Shown one piece after another: positions 19,524-29,734 of a DNA stretch of 64,000 nucleotides. The translations under genes and the position numbers were made by a program. The notes beneath the pieces were generated by a model. It ran no database searches, was not told the origin of the DNA, and saw nothing but the letters and a program-made list of their open reading frames with translations. The stretch comes from Candidatus Kerfeldbacteria bacterium (GTDB taxonomy: Bacteria; Patescibacteriota; Patescibacteriia; SBBC01; CAIJZX01), in NCBI GenBank assembly GCA_963731735.1, contig CAVSWO010000002.1, positions 564,257-628,256 of the forward strand, in the 5' to 3' direction. Every line of letters starts with the position of its first letter. The stretch's first letter is position 1.

Positions 19524-20672
19524 ATGTTCGAAAACCAACAGCCAAACTCACCAACACCAGGTACTCCGCCACCGAATATTCCGACGCCGCCGGCCACGCC
19601 GCCGCCCGCAACTCCACCCGCCATGCCACCCAGTCCTTCGACCGGGTCGACCAGTCCGGCGTCAACGCCGCCTCCGGCCGGTGATCCGTCGCCGAAAATT
19701 TATACCATGCCGGAAAAATTTCGGGCCAATAATAACGGCAAGTCACCGTCAGGCGGCGGTACCAAGCGCCTGGTAATCATTTTAGTGGTGGTCTTGGTGG
19801 TTGCTGGGTTAGGAATTGCCGGACTGTATGTCTTCCAGAATGTTTTGAATAAACCGGCCAACGACAACCTGAATGTCAATCTCAATCGGAATACGAACCT
19901 CAACACTAATACGGCCAATCTAAATACCGCGAATACCAACACGGCCAACTTGAACGCGAACACCAACGCTAACCTGAATGAGAACGCCAACACGAACGCG
20001 AACACCAACGGCAACGGCAATGACAATGCCAATAGCAATGCCAATCAGAATACCAATACGACAGTTTCAACTACCCCGCTTCCGTCTTCAGCCGATGCGG
20101 ATGATGACGGGTTGACTGATACGGAAGAACTGGCCTACGGCACTGACGCCAAGAAGCCGGATACGGACGGGGACGGATTTATTGATGGGAAAAAAGTCCA
20201 AACAGACGGATCCATAATCGGCGAAATCTACCTTGGCTTTAATCCCACCGGCACCGGAAAATTGGAAGATTCGACGATCGTCAAGCGCCAGGCTAATTCC
20301 TCAAATACTTACAGCCTATTAATTCCTTCAACCTGGACAGCGGTTCTCGACCAAGGCGGCGGCGTGTTGGTCACCCCATCACAATCAACCGGAGAAACCT
20401 TCCAGGTTCGTGTTAGCGCCAACCCAACAAATTTGACACCCCAGGCCTGGTACCAGCAAACGATTAACGCCAGCGCGAACACGAGCAGTCTGAAAACGGA
20501 AGCGCTGAATGGATTTGAAATCCTTTACAGCGAAAATATGGCCACCGCCTATCTATTTCAGGGCACCAGCGTCTACAGTATCGCCTACGACACCGGATCA
20601 CTCACGCAGGCCAATTACTGGACCACCTTCGATATGATGGTTCGCAGTTTTAAACTCGTTGCCAGCAGCTAG
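19524..20672 (+). CDS. Pro-rich/TM/Asn-rich low-complexity protein with TSP3-like repeat and C-terminal globular domain
   Basis: Pro-rich N-terminus, TM LVIILVVVLVVAGLGIAGLYVF, ~65 aa of NTNANLN-type repeats, and DADDDGLTDTEE...DTDGDGFIDGKK. Confidence 0.7.
   Translation: MFENQQPNSPTPGTPPPNIPTPPATPPPATPPAMPPSPSTGSTSPASTPPPAGDPSPKIYTMPEKFRANNNGKSPSGGGTKRLVIILVVVLVVAGLGIAGLYVFQNVLNKPANDNLNVNLNRNTNLNTNTANLNTANTNTANLNANTNANLNENANTNANTNGNGNDNANSNANQNTNTTVSTTPLPSSADADDDGLTDTEELAYGTDAKKPDTDGDGFIDGKKVQTDGSIIGEIYLGFNPTGTGKLEDSTIVKRQANSSNTYSLLIPSTWTAVLDQGGGVLVTPSQSTGETFQVRVSANPTNLTPQAWYQQTINASANTSSLKTEALNGFEILYSENMATAYLFQGTSVYSIAYDTGSLTQANYWTTFDMMVRSFKLVASS
19860..20058 (+). repeat. Coding low-complexity Asn/Thr/Ala repeat tract (NxN tandem codon repeats)
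   Basis: Imperfect tandem repeats of aa(c/t)acc / aa(c/t)gcg / aacctgaat units encoding NTNTANLNTANTNTANLNANTNANLNENANTNANTNGNGNDNANSNANQNTNT. Confidence 0.7.
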
Positions 20673-21108
20673 ATCCCGCTCCCGTTCCCGCCGAATTACG
20701 ATTCGGCGGGCCGTACCCCCGCGAATCGCTGACCGGACGATTCGGGATTGGGCCATACGCTGGGCCCGCCAAGTCCGGCTGGCTGGTCCGGGCCTGTCGA
20801 TCGTTATTCTCGGCCCGGCGGCTATGCGCCGATTGAACCGAACCTGGCGCGGACGAGATCGAGCAACCAACGTTCTGTCCTTTTTGTATGCCAAGCAGTC
20901 GGCCGTGCCGGACGGGGTAGCCGGTGAGATATTTCTGTGTCCGAGCGTGATTCAACGCGAAGCTCAGGACTTTGACCGGACCTACCGCCAGCATTTTATG
21001 GCCCTGCTCCGCCACGGAATTCTGCATTTGACCGGCCGGGATCACCGGACAGCCGCTCAGCAGCAAAACTGGAATCGCATCGAACGACGTTTGACCTCAT
21101 TTACATGA
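20659..21108 (+). CDS. ybeY: Endoribonuclease YbeY (rRNA maturation factor)
   Basis: HGILHLTGRDH metal-binding motif and NVLSF. The start is uncertain; the track ORF overlaps the upstream gene by 14 nt. Confidence 0.75.
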   Translation: MPAARSRSRSRRITIRRAVPPRIADRTIRDWAIRWARQVRLAGPGLSIVILGPAAMRRLNRTWRGRDRATNVLSFLYAKQSAVPDGVAGEIFLCPSVIQREAQDFDRTYRQHFMALLRHGILHLTGRDHRTAAQQQNWNRIERRLTSFT

Positions 21109-21476
21109 GCACCCTCAAGAAATTTTTCAAAAGTTTCCGCCACGCTTGGCACGGGGTACTTCGCGCCCTGGCCATGGAGAACAGTTTTCGAATTCACGTG
21201 GCTGTCGCGATTGTGGTGCTGCTGCTGATTGTGGCATTGGGTTTGAGTCGCGTTGAGTTGGCGATTATGATTTTCCTGATCAGCTCTATTTTAACGCTGG
21301 AACTGGTCAACACGGTGGTTGAACGGTTCGTTGACCTGTTGGAACCGCGGGTTCACCCTTATGCCGGCATGATTAAGGATATATTAGCGGCGGCGGTGCT
21401 GATTACCTCGCTGGCGGCGGCGGCTATTGGAATTTTGATTCTGTGGCCGTATTTACGAGATTTCTTTCAGGTCTGA
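21105..21476 (+). CDS. dgkA: Diacylglycerol/undecaprenol kinase (DgkA family) membrane protein
   Basis: 3-TM, 123 aa, with a conserved E...N(T)VVE motif (LELVNTVVERFVD). Confidence 0.65.
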   Translation: MSTLKKFFKSFRHAWHGVLRALAMENSFRIHVAVAIVVLLLIVALGLSRVELAIMIFLISSILTLELVNTVVERFVDLLEPRVHPYAGMIKDILAAAVLITSLAAAAIGILILWPYLRDFFQV

Positions 21477-21491
21477 ACACAAAAAGTATTC

Positions 21492-21522
21492 AGGGCTGTT
21501 ATCCACAGCCCTCGCATTTTTA
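21492..21522 (+). terminator. Rho-independent terminator after dgkA
   Basis: Stem AGGGCTGT/ACAGCCCT with loop TATCC, followed by CGCATTTTTA. Confidence 0.6.
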
Positions 21523-21577
21523 GCCAAAATTATGTATACTCACCGTACTATGGAGTTCATGCAAAGGGCAGTTTCGT

Positions 21578-22828
21578 ATGGCGCGAACTGACCTGTTTAC
21601 CGGGCTTGATATTGGATCTTCGGCGATACGGGTAGTAGTGGCGCAATCCCAACCCGGTCAGGAGGGTCTGCACATTCTGGGAGCGGCTGAAGGGCCGGCT
21701 GAAGGAATTGGCAAAGGGACGATCACCAGCATCGAGGATGCGGTGTCTTCGATATCCTCAACCCTGGAAAAAGTCGAGCGGATGACCGGCGTGCCAGTTG
21801 AGCATGCCACGGTCTCGATCAACGGTCCACATGTTGTTTCACAAGAGAGTCACGGAATCGTCGCGGTGGCCAAAGCCGATGGGGAGATTAAGCAGAATGA
21901 CGTGGATCGGGTGATTGAGGCGGCCCAAGCGGTGGCCACCCCACCGAACTATGAAATTTTGCATGTGGTGCCACGAGTCTACACGGTCGATAATCAGCAC
22001 GGCGTCAAAGATCCGGTTGGCATGTCCGGTATGCGGCTGGAAGTTGATACCCAGATAATTCAGGGCCTGACCGCGCAAATTAAAAACCTGCAAAAGGCGG
22101 TTTTTCGGACCGGGGTCAATATTGATGACCTGGTGTTGTCTGTCCTGGCTTCATCCCTGGCCTGTACCTCCAAACGACAAAAGGAACTCGGGGTCGCGGT
22201 TTTGAACCTCGGTTCGACCACGGCCAGCCTGATGGTGTTTGAGGAAGGGGAGGTCATGCATACCAAGATTATTCCGGTCGGGGCCGGCCATATTACGAAT
22301 GATATCGCTATCGGGCTGCGGATCGGGATTGACTTAGCTGAAAAGGTGAAGCTTGAATTTGGATCGGCTTGGCCAGATGATGTACAAAAGCGCGAGGAAT
22401 TTAATCTCCAGGAAGTCGGCGGGGATGAGATGGTGGTGTCACGCCGCCATGTAGCCGAAATTATCGAGGCTCGAGTTGAAGAAATTTTCAAAATGGTTGA
22501 TCGCGAACTTCAGCATATTGATCGTTCAGGGTTATTGCCGGCTGGCGTGGTGGTGACCGGCGGGGGAGCCAAGCTGCCGGGACTGGTTGAAGTCGGGAAA
22601 CGGGAATTTCGGTTACCGGTCTCCGTTGGTTTTCCAGACGGGTATACCAGCGCGATAGATAAAGTCCAAGACCCGGCATTCACGACAGCCCTAGGCTTGG
22701 CGTCATGGAACGCTCAATCAGTCGGCCAAGGTTCAGGCGGCATGTTGGGACGCATTCCGGTCCGCCTGGGAGCGGTCAATGATACTGTCGACCGGATGCG
22801 AAAATGGTTTAAGGGATTCTTGCCATAA
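21578..22828 (+). CDS. ftsA: Cell division protein FtsA
   Basis: Actin-like ATPase motifs (GLDIGSSAIRVVVA, VVVTGGGAKLPGL), 416 aa, immediately upstream of ftsZ. Confidence 0.85.
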   Translation: MARTDLFTGLDIGSSAIRVVVAQSQPGQEGLHILGAAEGPAEGIGKGTITSIEDAVSSISSTLEKVERMTGVPVEHATVSINGPHVVSQESHGIVAVAKADGEIKQNDVDRVIEAAQAVATPPNYEILHVVPRVYTVDNQHGVKDPVGMSGMRLEVDTQIIQGLTAQIKNLQKAVFRTGVNIDDLVLSVLASSLACTSKRQKELGVAVLNLGSTTASLMVFEEGEVMHTKIIPVGAGHITNDIAIGLRIGIDLAEKVKLEFGSAWPDDVQKREEFNLQEVGGDEMVVSRRHVAEIIEARVEEIFKMVDRELQHIDRSGLLPAGVVVTGGGAKLPGLVEVGKREFRLPVSVGFPDGYTSAIDKVQDPAFTTALGLASWNAQSVGQGSGGMLGRIPVRLGAVNDTVDRMRKWFKGFLP

Positions 22829-22895
22829 TCATCAGTGAACACTTTGGGTGTTCAGGCGTTGCCTGCCCCACAGCTATTTGGTAGACTATACGCAC

Positions 22896-24089
22896 ATGCC
22901 ACGCAATCGATTGGAAGTCAAACCCGAGATTGAAACCTTCGCCAAAATCAAAGTAATTGGTGTGGGTGGTTCAGGCGGTTCAGCCGTCAACCGGATGATG
23001 CAGCAGCGGATTCGGGGCATTGAGTTTGTGGCGATTAACACCGACGCCCAGGCTCTCCATCACAACTCGGCACCGGCCAAGATTCACATCGGTAAAACAA
23101 CCACCCGGGGACTCGGCGCGGGCATGGATCCGGAACTGGGTCGACGGGCAGCCGAAGAAGACCAGGAAGAAATCCATGAACTGATCAAGGGAACTGACAT
23201 GGTATTCGTGACCGGTGGCTTGGGTGGCGGAACTGGAACCGGCGCGATGCCCCTAATTGCCGAAATGGCTCGAGACGTCGGCGCTTTGACCGTAGCCGTG
23301 GTCACCAAACCATTCAGTTTCGAAGGCGCGCAGCGCAAACAGATTGCCGAAGAAGGACACCACGATTTAATCGACAAGGTTGATACGATCATCACCATCC
23401 CGAATGATCGGTTGTTACAGATCATCGACAAAAAGACCTCCTTACTGGAATCATTCCAAGTGGTTGACGATATTCTTCGCCAAGGGATTCAAGGTATTGC
23501 TGAATTGATTACCGTCCCGGGCCTGATTAACGTCGACTTCGCTGATGTTAAGGCCATCATGAAAGATCAGGGGACTGCCTTGATGGGAATCGGGAAAGCG
23601 ACCGGCGACAACCGGGCGGTTGACGCGGCTAAAGCGGCAATTGATTCACCGCTACTCGAAATGCCGATTGACGGCGCTCGGGGCATACTGTTTACGATAA
23701 CCGGCGGCAACAGTCTGAGCATGTACGAGGTCAACGAAGCGGCGCGGGTGATTACCCAATCGGCCGATCCGAACGCCAAGATTATCTTTGGAGCCGTGAT
23801 TGATGAGAACTTGAAGGATGATGTCAAAATTACCGTGATCGCAACCGGCTTCGGGAAAGGTAACCGACCAACCAAGAAAGCTTCGAGCGTCAGCACCCCC
23901 AGCCCGTTTGAATCACGCCCAATGCCGGAAAAACCAGCGCCGATCCCAGCCAGCAGCATGCCAGCGCCAGCCGCTCCGAAGCCAGTCGCAACCCCGCCAC
24001 CGGCCCGCCCCACTCCGAAGCCAGCAGAACCGCAGGAATCAGATGATGATTTAGAAGTGCCAGCCTTCATTCGTAAGAAAATGATGTAA
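22896..24089 (+). CDS. ftsZ: Cell division GTPase FtsZ
   Basis: GVGGSGGSAVNRM, GGGTGTG (tubulin signature) and the C-terminal DDLEVPAFIRKK peptide. Start trimmed to the MPRNRLEV Met. Confidence 0.9.
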   Translation: MPRNRLEVKPEIETFAKIKVIGVGGSGGSAVNRMMQQRIRGIEFVAINTDAQALHHNSAPAKIHIGKTTTRGLGAGMDPELGRRAAEEDQEEIHELIKGTDMVFVTGGLGGGTGTGAMPLIAEMARDVGALTVAVVTKPFSFEGAQRKQIAEEGHHDLIDKVDTIITIPNDRLLQIIDKKTSLLESFQVVDDILRQGIQGIAELITVPGLINVDFADVKAIMKDQGTALMGIGKATGDNRAVDAAKAAIDSPLLEMPIDGARGILFTITGGNSLSMYEVNEAARVITQSADPNAKIIFGAVIDENLKDDVKITVIATGFGKGNRPTKKASSVSTPSPFESRPMPEKPAPIPASSMPAPAAPKPVATPPPARPTPKPAEPQESDDDLEVPAFIRKKMM

Positions 24090-24178
24090 CCGGAGGCGAT
24101 CAGCCGGCTTTTTCCACAGGCTATCCGCGCGAAACGAAACTGGTCTCAAAAAAGCCCAGTTTTTTGATAGTTGCTGCA

Positions 24179-24195
24179 CCCTAGATGTAGTGGTA
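24179..24195 (+). promoter_or_regulatory. NrdR box 1 (CCCTAGATGTAGTGGTA)
   Basis: Matches the NrdR-box consensus acaCwAtATaTwGtgt (CTAGATGTAGTG vs CTATATATAGTG). A second copy lies 33 nt downstream, upstream of nrdR-nrdJ. Confidence 0.5.
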
Positions 24196-24211
24196 GAATA
24201 GCCCTACCGCC

Positions 24212-24228
24212 TACTAGATGTAGTGGTA
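24212..24228 (+). promoter_or_regulatory. NrdR box 2 (TACTAGATGTAGTGGTA)
   Basis: Exact repeat of the CTAGATGTAGTGGTA core, ~3 helical turns from box 1. Confidence 0.5.
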
Positions 24229-24361
24229 CAGCTACCGGCGGCAAAAACAAACGTCTAAGAACATTGAAAAAAGCCAGTTGTCTGCCCCATGGACGTCTTC
24301 GTCTTCATGGGACGTCTTATTTCCGCCAACGGCAGGCTGTGGCTTGCCGGGATTTGCTTCT

Positions 24362-24859
24362 ATGAAATGCCCCTCCTGCCATCACGCTGATACCAGCGTT
24401 CTTGATTCCCGCGTAACTGATGAGGGGATGGCTGTCCGTCGACGCCGCGTCTGCGATCATTGCGGATTTCGCTTCTCCAGCGTGGAAGAGGTTGAAATTC
24501 TCAACCTGACCATCGTCAAGCGCGATGGTCGCCGCGAACCCTATCAGCGGGAAAAACTCGAAACCGGACTCCATAAGTCTTTGGAGAAACGCCCAATCAC
24601 CGCCCAAGCACTCAAAAAGCTACTGGGTCAGATTGAACGCGATATTCAAATTCGGAACCGGTCGGAAATAACTTCACAGCAGCTGGGTGAGATCGTAATG
24701 AAGCGATTGCAGAGAATCGACCAGATTGCCTATATTCGCTTTGCTTCCGTCTACCGTCAATTTCAGGACGTGGCCTCTTTCCGCTGGGAGCTCAACCGGC
24801 TGGCCGCCAAGCCACGATCACGACCAGCTCGAAAAAAGCCCAAACGCGCCACCAAGTAA
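24362..24859 (+). CDS. nrdR: Transcriptional repressor NrdR (Zn-ribbon plus ATP-cone)
   Basis: MKCPSCHHADTSVLDSR...CDHCGFRF zinc ribbon, ATP-cone region, 165 aa. Confidence 0.85.
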   Translation: MKCPSCHHADTSVLDSRVTDEGMAVRRRRVCDHCGFRFSSVEEVEILNLTIVKRDGRREPYQREKLETGLHKSLEKRPITAQALKKLLGQIERDIQIRNRSEITSQQLGEIVMKRLQRIDQIAYIRFASVYRQFQDVASFRWELNRLAAKPRSRPARKKPKRATK

Positions 24860-24975
24860 TTTCTATCCACTAACCCTTTTGCGCCATGCCGCACACGCAC
24901 CTCAAGACTGACCGCCTCCGGACCGCTGAGCCAGCTGTTCGTATTGCTGAACCGCCCAAACGTAAAGGACCAGGC

Positions 24976-27900
24976 ATGAAAATCTCCCGCCGTTGGACAA
25001 CGGCCGGACAAGACCCGCTCGAACAGCTGGAATACGCGATGCGACAATCCGTTATTCGCAATCCGGACGGCACGATCGTCAAAGAAATTACTGACGTTGA
25101 AGTTCCGACCAGCTGGAGCCAGGTGGCGACCGACATCATGGCCCAAAAGTATTTCCGCAAAGCTGGTGTCCCGCAATTTGATGGGCAAGGAAAGCCGCGG
25201 GTGGCGGCCGATGGCCAGCCAATTTTGGGTTCGGAAACGAGCGCCAAGCAGGTCGTCCGACGTTTAGCCGGTACCTGGCGCTGGTGGGGTGAACAGCACG
25301 GCTATTTCGCTTCGACCGATGACGCCCAGGCCTATCAAGATGAAATGGAATATACGCTGATCCGACAGTTTGGCGCGCCGAACTCACCCCAATGGTTTAA
25401 CACCGGCCTTAACAGGTCCTACGGCATAACCGGTTCGCCGCAGGGGCACTACTACATTGATCCGGAAACCGCCGAACTTAAGCGATCGGAAGACGCCTAT
25501 ACGCACCCGCAACCGCACGCCTGCTTTATCCAAAAAGTTGATGATGATCTGGTCAACGAGGGCGGGATTTTTGATCTGGTGACGCGGGAAGCCCGCCTAT
25601 TCAAATTTGGATCCGGCACGGGCAGCAACTTCTCCTCGCTGCGGGGGAAAGGCGAACGCCTCTCCGGCGGCGGCCAGAGCTCCGGGCTGATGTCGTTCCT
25701 GAAAATTTTTGACCGTTCGGCCGGTGCGATTCAATCCGGCGGGACGACCCGGCGAGCCGCCAAGATGGTGGTGGTTGATGTTGATCACCCGGACGTCCAG
25801 GATTTCATTCGCTGGAAAGTTGTGGAAGAACAAAAAGTCGCCGACTTGTATGCCGGCAGCCGGATTAACGCCAAGTACCTGAACGAGATTATGCGGGTGG
25901 CGCATGCCGAGAACTCAATCGATTATCATAAGAACCCCGCTTTGAAAGCGGTCGTTGGCGAGGCGCTCAAGCGCAATGTACCGCTGAATTACGTCTTACG
26001 CGTGTTGGCCCTGGTCGAACAAGGCCAAAGCAGCATTGATTTTCCGACCTACAGCACCCACTTTGAAGATGAAGCCTATCAAACCGTTTCCGGGCAAAAC
26101 GCGAACAATACGGTTCGCGTGACTAATGATTTTATGGAGTCGGTTGAGCGCGATGCGAGCTGGGATTTGATCAACCGAACCACCAACGAACCATCGAAGA
26201 CCTTGCCGGCCCGACAACTTTGGGAAGAAATCGCCCAAGCCGCCTGGGCCTCGGCCGATCCGGGACTGCAATTCGATACCACCATCAACGAATGGCATAC
26301 CTGTCCGGCTGATGGACGGATTAACGCCTCCAACCCGTGCTCGGAATATATGTTCCTGGACGATACGGCCTGCAACCTGGCGTCGATCAACCTGGCCCAC
26401 TTCTATGATACTGACAGTGGCCAAATTGATGTCGAAGCCCTCAAGCACACGACGCGGCTTTGGACCATTACCTTGGAAATATCGGTCTTAATGGCACAAT
26501 TCCCAAGTCGGGAGATTGCGCGCCTGTCGTATATTTATCGCACGCTGGGACTCGGCTATGCCAACTTAGGCAGCGTCTTAATGATGATGGGGGTACCTTA
26601 CGATTCGCCCGAAGCCTTGGCCATTGCCGGATCAATCACGGCTATCATGTGCGGCGAGTCATATGCGACCAGTGCCGAACTAGCCAGCCACCTCGGGCCC
26701 TTCCCGGGCTTCGACCAAAACCGCGACCACATGTTGCGCGTGATTCGCAATCATCGCCGGGCGGCTTACAACGCACCGACCGGGGAATATGAAGGCTTGT
26801 CGATTACGCCGATGGGCATCGATCCAAAACAGGCGCCGGACTACTTAGTTAAACATGCACGGGAAACCTGGGACCGGGCGCTGCAGTGGGGGAAAGAACA
26901 TGGATATCGGAACGCGCAGGTGACGGTGATTGCTCCGACCGGAACCATCGGTCTGTTGATGGACTGCGATACGACCGGTGTTGAGCCGGACTTCGCGATC
27001 GTCAAGTTCAAAAAGCTGGCCGGCGGCGGTTATTTCAAAATCGTCAACCAATCGGTGCCGCGCGCCCTCAAGCGGCTGGGGTATGTGGACGAACAAATTG
27101 AAGCGATCAAAAATTACTCAAAAGGTCACGCGACCTTATCGGGCGCGCCGCATATTGATCACGAGACACTCAAGGCCAAAGGCTTGACCGACGAAGATCT
27201 GGCGAAAGTTGAATTGCAACTGGATTCAGCTTTTGATATCCGTTTTGTCATCAATCCAACCACCTTAGGTGAAGCGGCGATGGAGCGACTGGGTCTCGGC
27301 CAGCACGCCGGCGAGCCAAGTTTCAACGTGCTCGAAGCCATTGGCTTTACCAAAGCCCAAATCGAAGCCGCCAATGAATATGTGGTCGGGACAATGACGA
27401 TCGAAGGCGCGCCCTTCCTCAAACCCGAGCATTACCCGATATTTGATTGCGCCAACAAGTGCGGCGTGAAAGGCGAACGGTACATTCCGTACACCGCGCA
27501 CATCAAAATGATGGCCGCCGTCCAGCCCTTTATCTCCGGTGCGATTTCGAAAACCATTAACATGCCGAACGACGCCACGATTGAAGAGGTGAAACAAGTG
27601 CACGATGATTCCTGGAAACTCATGCTTAAGGCCATCGCCCTCTATCGTGATGGATCAAAACTGTCACAACCGCTCAACTCGGTCAATGTGGATGATGAAT
27701 TAGCCGCCTTGGGCGTGGCCGAAGACGATGTGGCCGAACCGACTCCGCAAGTCATGAACGATATCGCAGCCGTTCGCGCGATCAAGGAAAAACTGCCGCC
27801 GAAACGCGTCGGTTGGACGCAGGAAGCGATTGTTGGCGGACACAAAGTTTTCATTAGAACAGGTGAGTACAACGATGGCCGCTTGGGTGAAGTCTTCATT

Positions 27901-28392
27901 GATATGTATAAAGATGGTGCCGCCTATCGTTCACTCATCAACTGCTTCGCCATCCTGGTCTCCAAGAGTCTCCAGTACGGCATGCCGCTTGAGGAACTGG
28001 TCGATACTTTCACCTTTACCCGGTTTGAACCGTCCGGCATGGTTCAGGGGCACTCGAACATACGCTTCTCGACCTCCATCCTGGACTACATTTTCCGCTT
28101 GCTGGGATATGAATATCTGAACCGCGAAGACCTGGTCCAAATCAAACCGGAACACAGCAACGGCGAAGAAAACTCCACCAGTGCCACGCACGACACACCA
28201 CCACCGGCGGTCTCCAAACCGGCCGCCCAGCCGTCTGCCCCCGCCACGTCGATCATAGGCGATGACCGTTCTCAAGCGCGCGCCCAAGGCTTTACCGGCG
28301 ATACTTGCTCCAGCTGCGGCTCGATGAAAATGAAGCGCAACGGATCCTGCATGGTTTGTATTGAGTGTGGGACAACCACGGGGTGTTCCTAA
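24976..28392 (+). CDS. nrdJ: Ribonucleotide reductase, class II (adenosylcobalamin-dependent), large monomeric form with C-terminal Zn ribbon
   Basis: Active-site [16 protein letters not shown], the C-terminal CSSCGS...CMVCIECG motif, ~1138 aa. No intein motifs were seen. Confidence 0.85.
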   Translation: MKISRRWTTAGQDPLEQLEYAMRQSVIRNPDGTIVKEITDVEVPTSWSQVATDIMAQKYFRKAGVPQFDGQGKPRVAADGQPILGSETSAKQVVRRLAGTWRWWGEQHGYFASTDDAQAYQDEMEYTLIRQFGAPNSPQWFNTGLNRSYGITGSPQGHYYIDPETAELKRSEDAYTHPQPHACFIQKVDDDLVNEGGIFDLVTREARLFKFGSGTGSNFSSLRGKGERLSGGGQSSGLMSFLKIFDRSAGAIQSGGTTRRAAKMVVVDVDHPDVQDFIRWKVVEEQKVADLYAGSRINAKYLNEIMRVAHAENSIDYHKNPALKAVVGEALKRNVPLNYVLRVLALVEQGQSSIDFPTYSTHFEDEAYQTVSGQNANNTVRVTNDFMESVERDASWDLINRTTNEPSKTLPARQLWEEIAQAAWASADPGLQFDTTINEWHTCPADGRINASNPCSEYMFLDDTACNLASINLAHFYDTDSGQIDVEALKHTTRLWTITLEISVLMAQFPSREIARLSYIYRTLGLGYANLGSVLMMMGVPYDSPEALAIAGSITAIMCGESYATSAELASHLGPFPGFDQNRDHMLRVIRNHRRAAYNAPTGEYEGLSITPMGIDPKQAPDYLVKHARETWDRALQWGKEHGYRNAQVTVIAPTGTIGLLMDCDTTGVEPDFAIVKFKKLAGGGYFKIVNQSVPRALKRLGYVDEQIEAIKNYSKGHATLSGAPHIDHETLKAKGLTDEDLAKVELQLDSAFDIRFVINPTTLGEAAMERLGLGQHAGEPSFNVLEAIGFTKAQIEAANEYVVGTMTIEGAPFLKPEHYPIFDCANKCGVKGERYIPYTAHIKMMAAVQPFISGAISKTINMPNDATIEEVKQVHDDSWKLMLKAIALYRDGSKLSQPLNSVNVDDELAALGVAEDDVAEPTPQVMNDIAAVRAIKEKLPPKRVGWTQEAIVGGHKVFIRTGEYNDGRLGEVFIDMYKDGAAYRSLINCFAILVSKSLQYGMPLEELVDTFTFTRFEPSGMVQGHSNIRFSTSILDYIFRLLGYEYLNREDLVQIKPEHSNGEENSTSATHDTPPPAVSKPAAQPSAPATSIIGDDRSQARAQGFTGDTCSSCGSMKMKRNGSCMVCIECGTTTGCS

Positions 28393-28449
28393 ACACTAAT
28401 CACCATTCGATGGGCGGTACCGAAAGTGAAGGATAACTAAAACAAACGG

Positions 28450-28474
28450 CCCGGCCGAGCTTTGCTCGGCCGGG
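28450..28474. terminator. Perfect 11-bp stem hairpin after nrdJ (CCCGGCCGAGC-ttt-GCTCGGCCGGG)
   Basis: Perfect inverted repeat. The T-run is on the minus side only (AAAACAAACGG upstream), so it may be a bidirectional or island-boundary structure. Confidence 0.4.
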
Positions 28475-28845
28475 TCACAAAACTCAAGCGGTGTCTTCAT
28501 ATGCCAAATCCACAAATTAGTCAGCCACCCCAAAAACCTAGCCAGCCTAAAGACAATTCCATTCTCGGGACCGGCCTGGGTTGTCTCGGGTTGATTATTT
28601 TTGTTATTGTTTTCGTCTTGTGGTTTCAGGCGGGTTGGGCTGGTAAAACCGGTGGTCAAATTCCTTTCTATATTTTTCTACTACTGTTTTTTGCTACCGT
28701 ATTTTGGATGAGTTGGCGGGATATGATTCGCCGTCTTGAACAGGGTAAAGCGAAGTTAGGCACAAACAAACTCTGGATGGTTCTTTCGGCCATCCTATTC
28801 GTGATGACTTTGGTAAATTTCATTTCTCTCATTACCTCGAGTTGA
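28462..28845 (+). CDS. Small polytopic membrane protein (hypothetical)
   Basis: ORF with 3 predicted TM helices, lying in the low-GC block. The start may instead be the MPNPQIS Met at 28501. Confidence 0.5.
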   Translation: MLGRVTKLKRCLHMPNPQISQPPQKPSQPKDNSILGTGLGCLGLIIFVIVFVLWFQAGWAGKTGGQIPFYIFLLLFFATVFWMSWRDMIRRLEQGKAKLGTNKLWMVLSAILFVMTLVNFISLITSS

Positions 28846-28881
28846 GTGGTACTGGACAAGAAATAATGTTATCCTAGAATC

Positions 28882-29229
28882 ATGACTGATACAACTTCAA
28901 AAACCCAAAAAGTAAAGGCCGAAATTAAGAAAGAAGTGGATAAGATTCCGCCTACCTCGGACCAGAACCTGCTGGCCGCGTTATCGTACGCCTGGGTGAT
29001 TAGCTTAGTGATGCTGCTGATTAAGCGTCACGATGAGTACATCCAGTTTCACGCCAAGCAGGGAGTAATTTTATGGATTGCCTCACTTTTCGCGTTTATT
29101 CCGGGCCTGGGCTTTATTATCTGGGCATTGTCAATTGCCGGCATGGTCATCGGATTCATCAACGCCTGGCAGGGCAAGCGCAACAAGTTACCATTCGTCT
29201 ATAACTTGAGCCGGAAGATTAATTTCTAA
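28882..29229 (+). CDS. Small membrane protein (possibly DUF4870-like)
   Basis: 115 aa. LLAALSYAWVISLVMLL...FHAKQGVILWI pattern and 2-3 TM helices. Confidence 0.5.
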   Translation: MTDTTSKTQKVKAEIKKEVDKIPPTSDQNLLAALSYAWVISLVMLLIKRHDEYIQFHAKQGVILWIASLFAFIPGLGFIIWALSIAGMVIGFINAWQGKRNKLPFVYNLSRKINF

Positions 29230-29249
29230 ACAGAGCCGGAGAAGAAAAT

Positions 29250-29639
29250 ATGGCCGGTAATCAGACACGCAGTAACCCATTCAGTCTGGCACAGCTTGTG
29301 CTTTTGATAACACTGACCCTCTTTGTCGTTGCTCTATTCAGCTTTCCGTTTAGTTCGATCAATCCAAACTGGTTTCTGTGGCTATTCTCTCTCACGTTGG
29401 GCTTCGGCATTATTGTTTTAGTGTCGGAGATTATCCGGCATAGAAAAAAGCCAAAGGACGGTGTCGCGGGGACGGGGTATCTGCGCACAATAGGAAATAT
29501 CTGGGGTACGATCCTTTGGATCGGCCTTGGAGTAGTATTTCTTGCTCTAGCTGGGCAATATAGGAATGTCTGGTTCCTTGCCCCGGTTGTGCTTGGAATA
29601 ATTTGGCGTACGATCATTATCCGGCGCCGCAATGCCTGA
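29250..29639 (+). CDS. Small membrane protein (hypothetical)
   Basis: 129 aa, 4 hydrophobic helices, low GC. Confidence 0.5.
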   Translation: MAGNQTRSNPFSLAQLVLLITLTLFVVALFSFPFSSINPNWFLWLFSLTLGFGIIVLVSEIIRHRKKPKDGVAGTGYLRTIGNIWGTILWIGLGVVFLALAGQYRNVWFLAPVVLGIIWRTIIIRRRNA

Positions 29640-29734
29640 ATGGGCCTGGAATAGCGGCAAGACAAAGGCTTTTTCAAGACTAACATATTCAGCAATGGCG
29701 AAGCCTGCTCCCCAAAAACTACGAGTCAATAGTC

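Noticed and set aside
19860-20058. CRISPR-like repeat array
   Set aside because: The repeats are imperfect codon repeats inside an ORF encoding an Asn-rich linker. There are no unique spacers and no cas genes.
24976-28392. Intein inside the unusually long class II RNR
   Set aside because: The active-site region (NPCSEYMF) is uninterrupted. No Hint N/C-terminal blocks or LAGLIDADG motifs were found. Its length matches the large monomeric NrdJ form.
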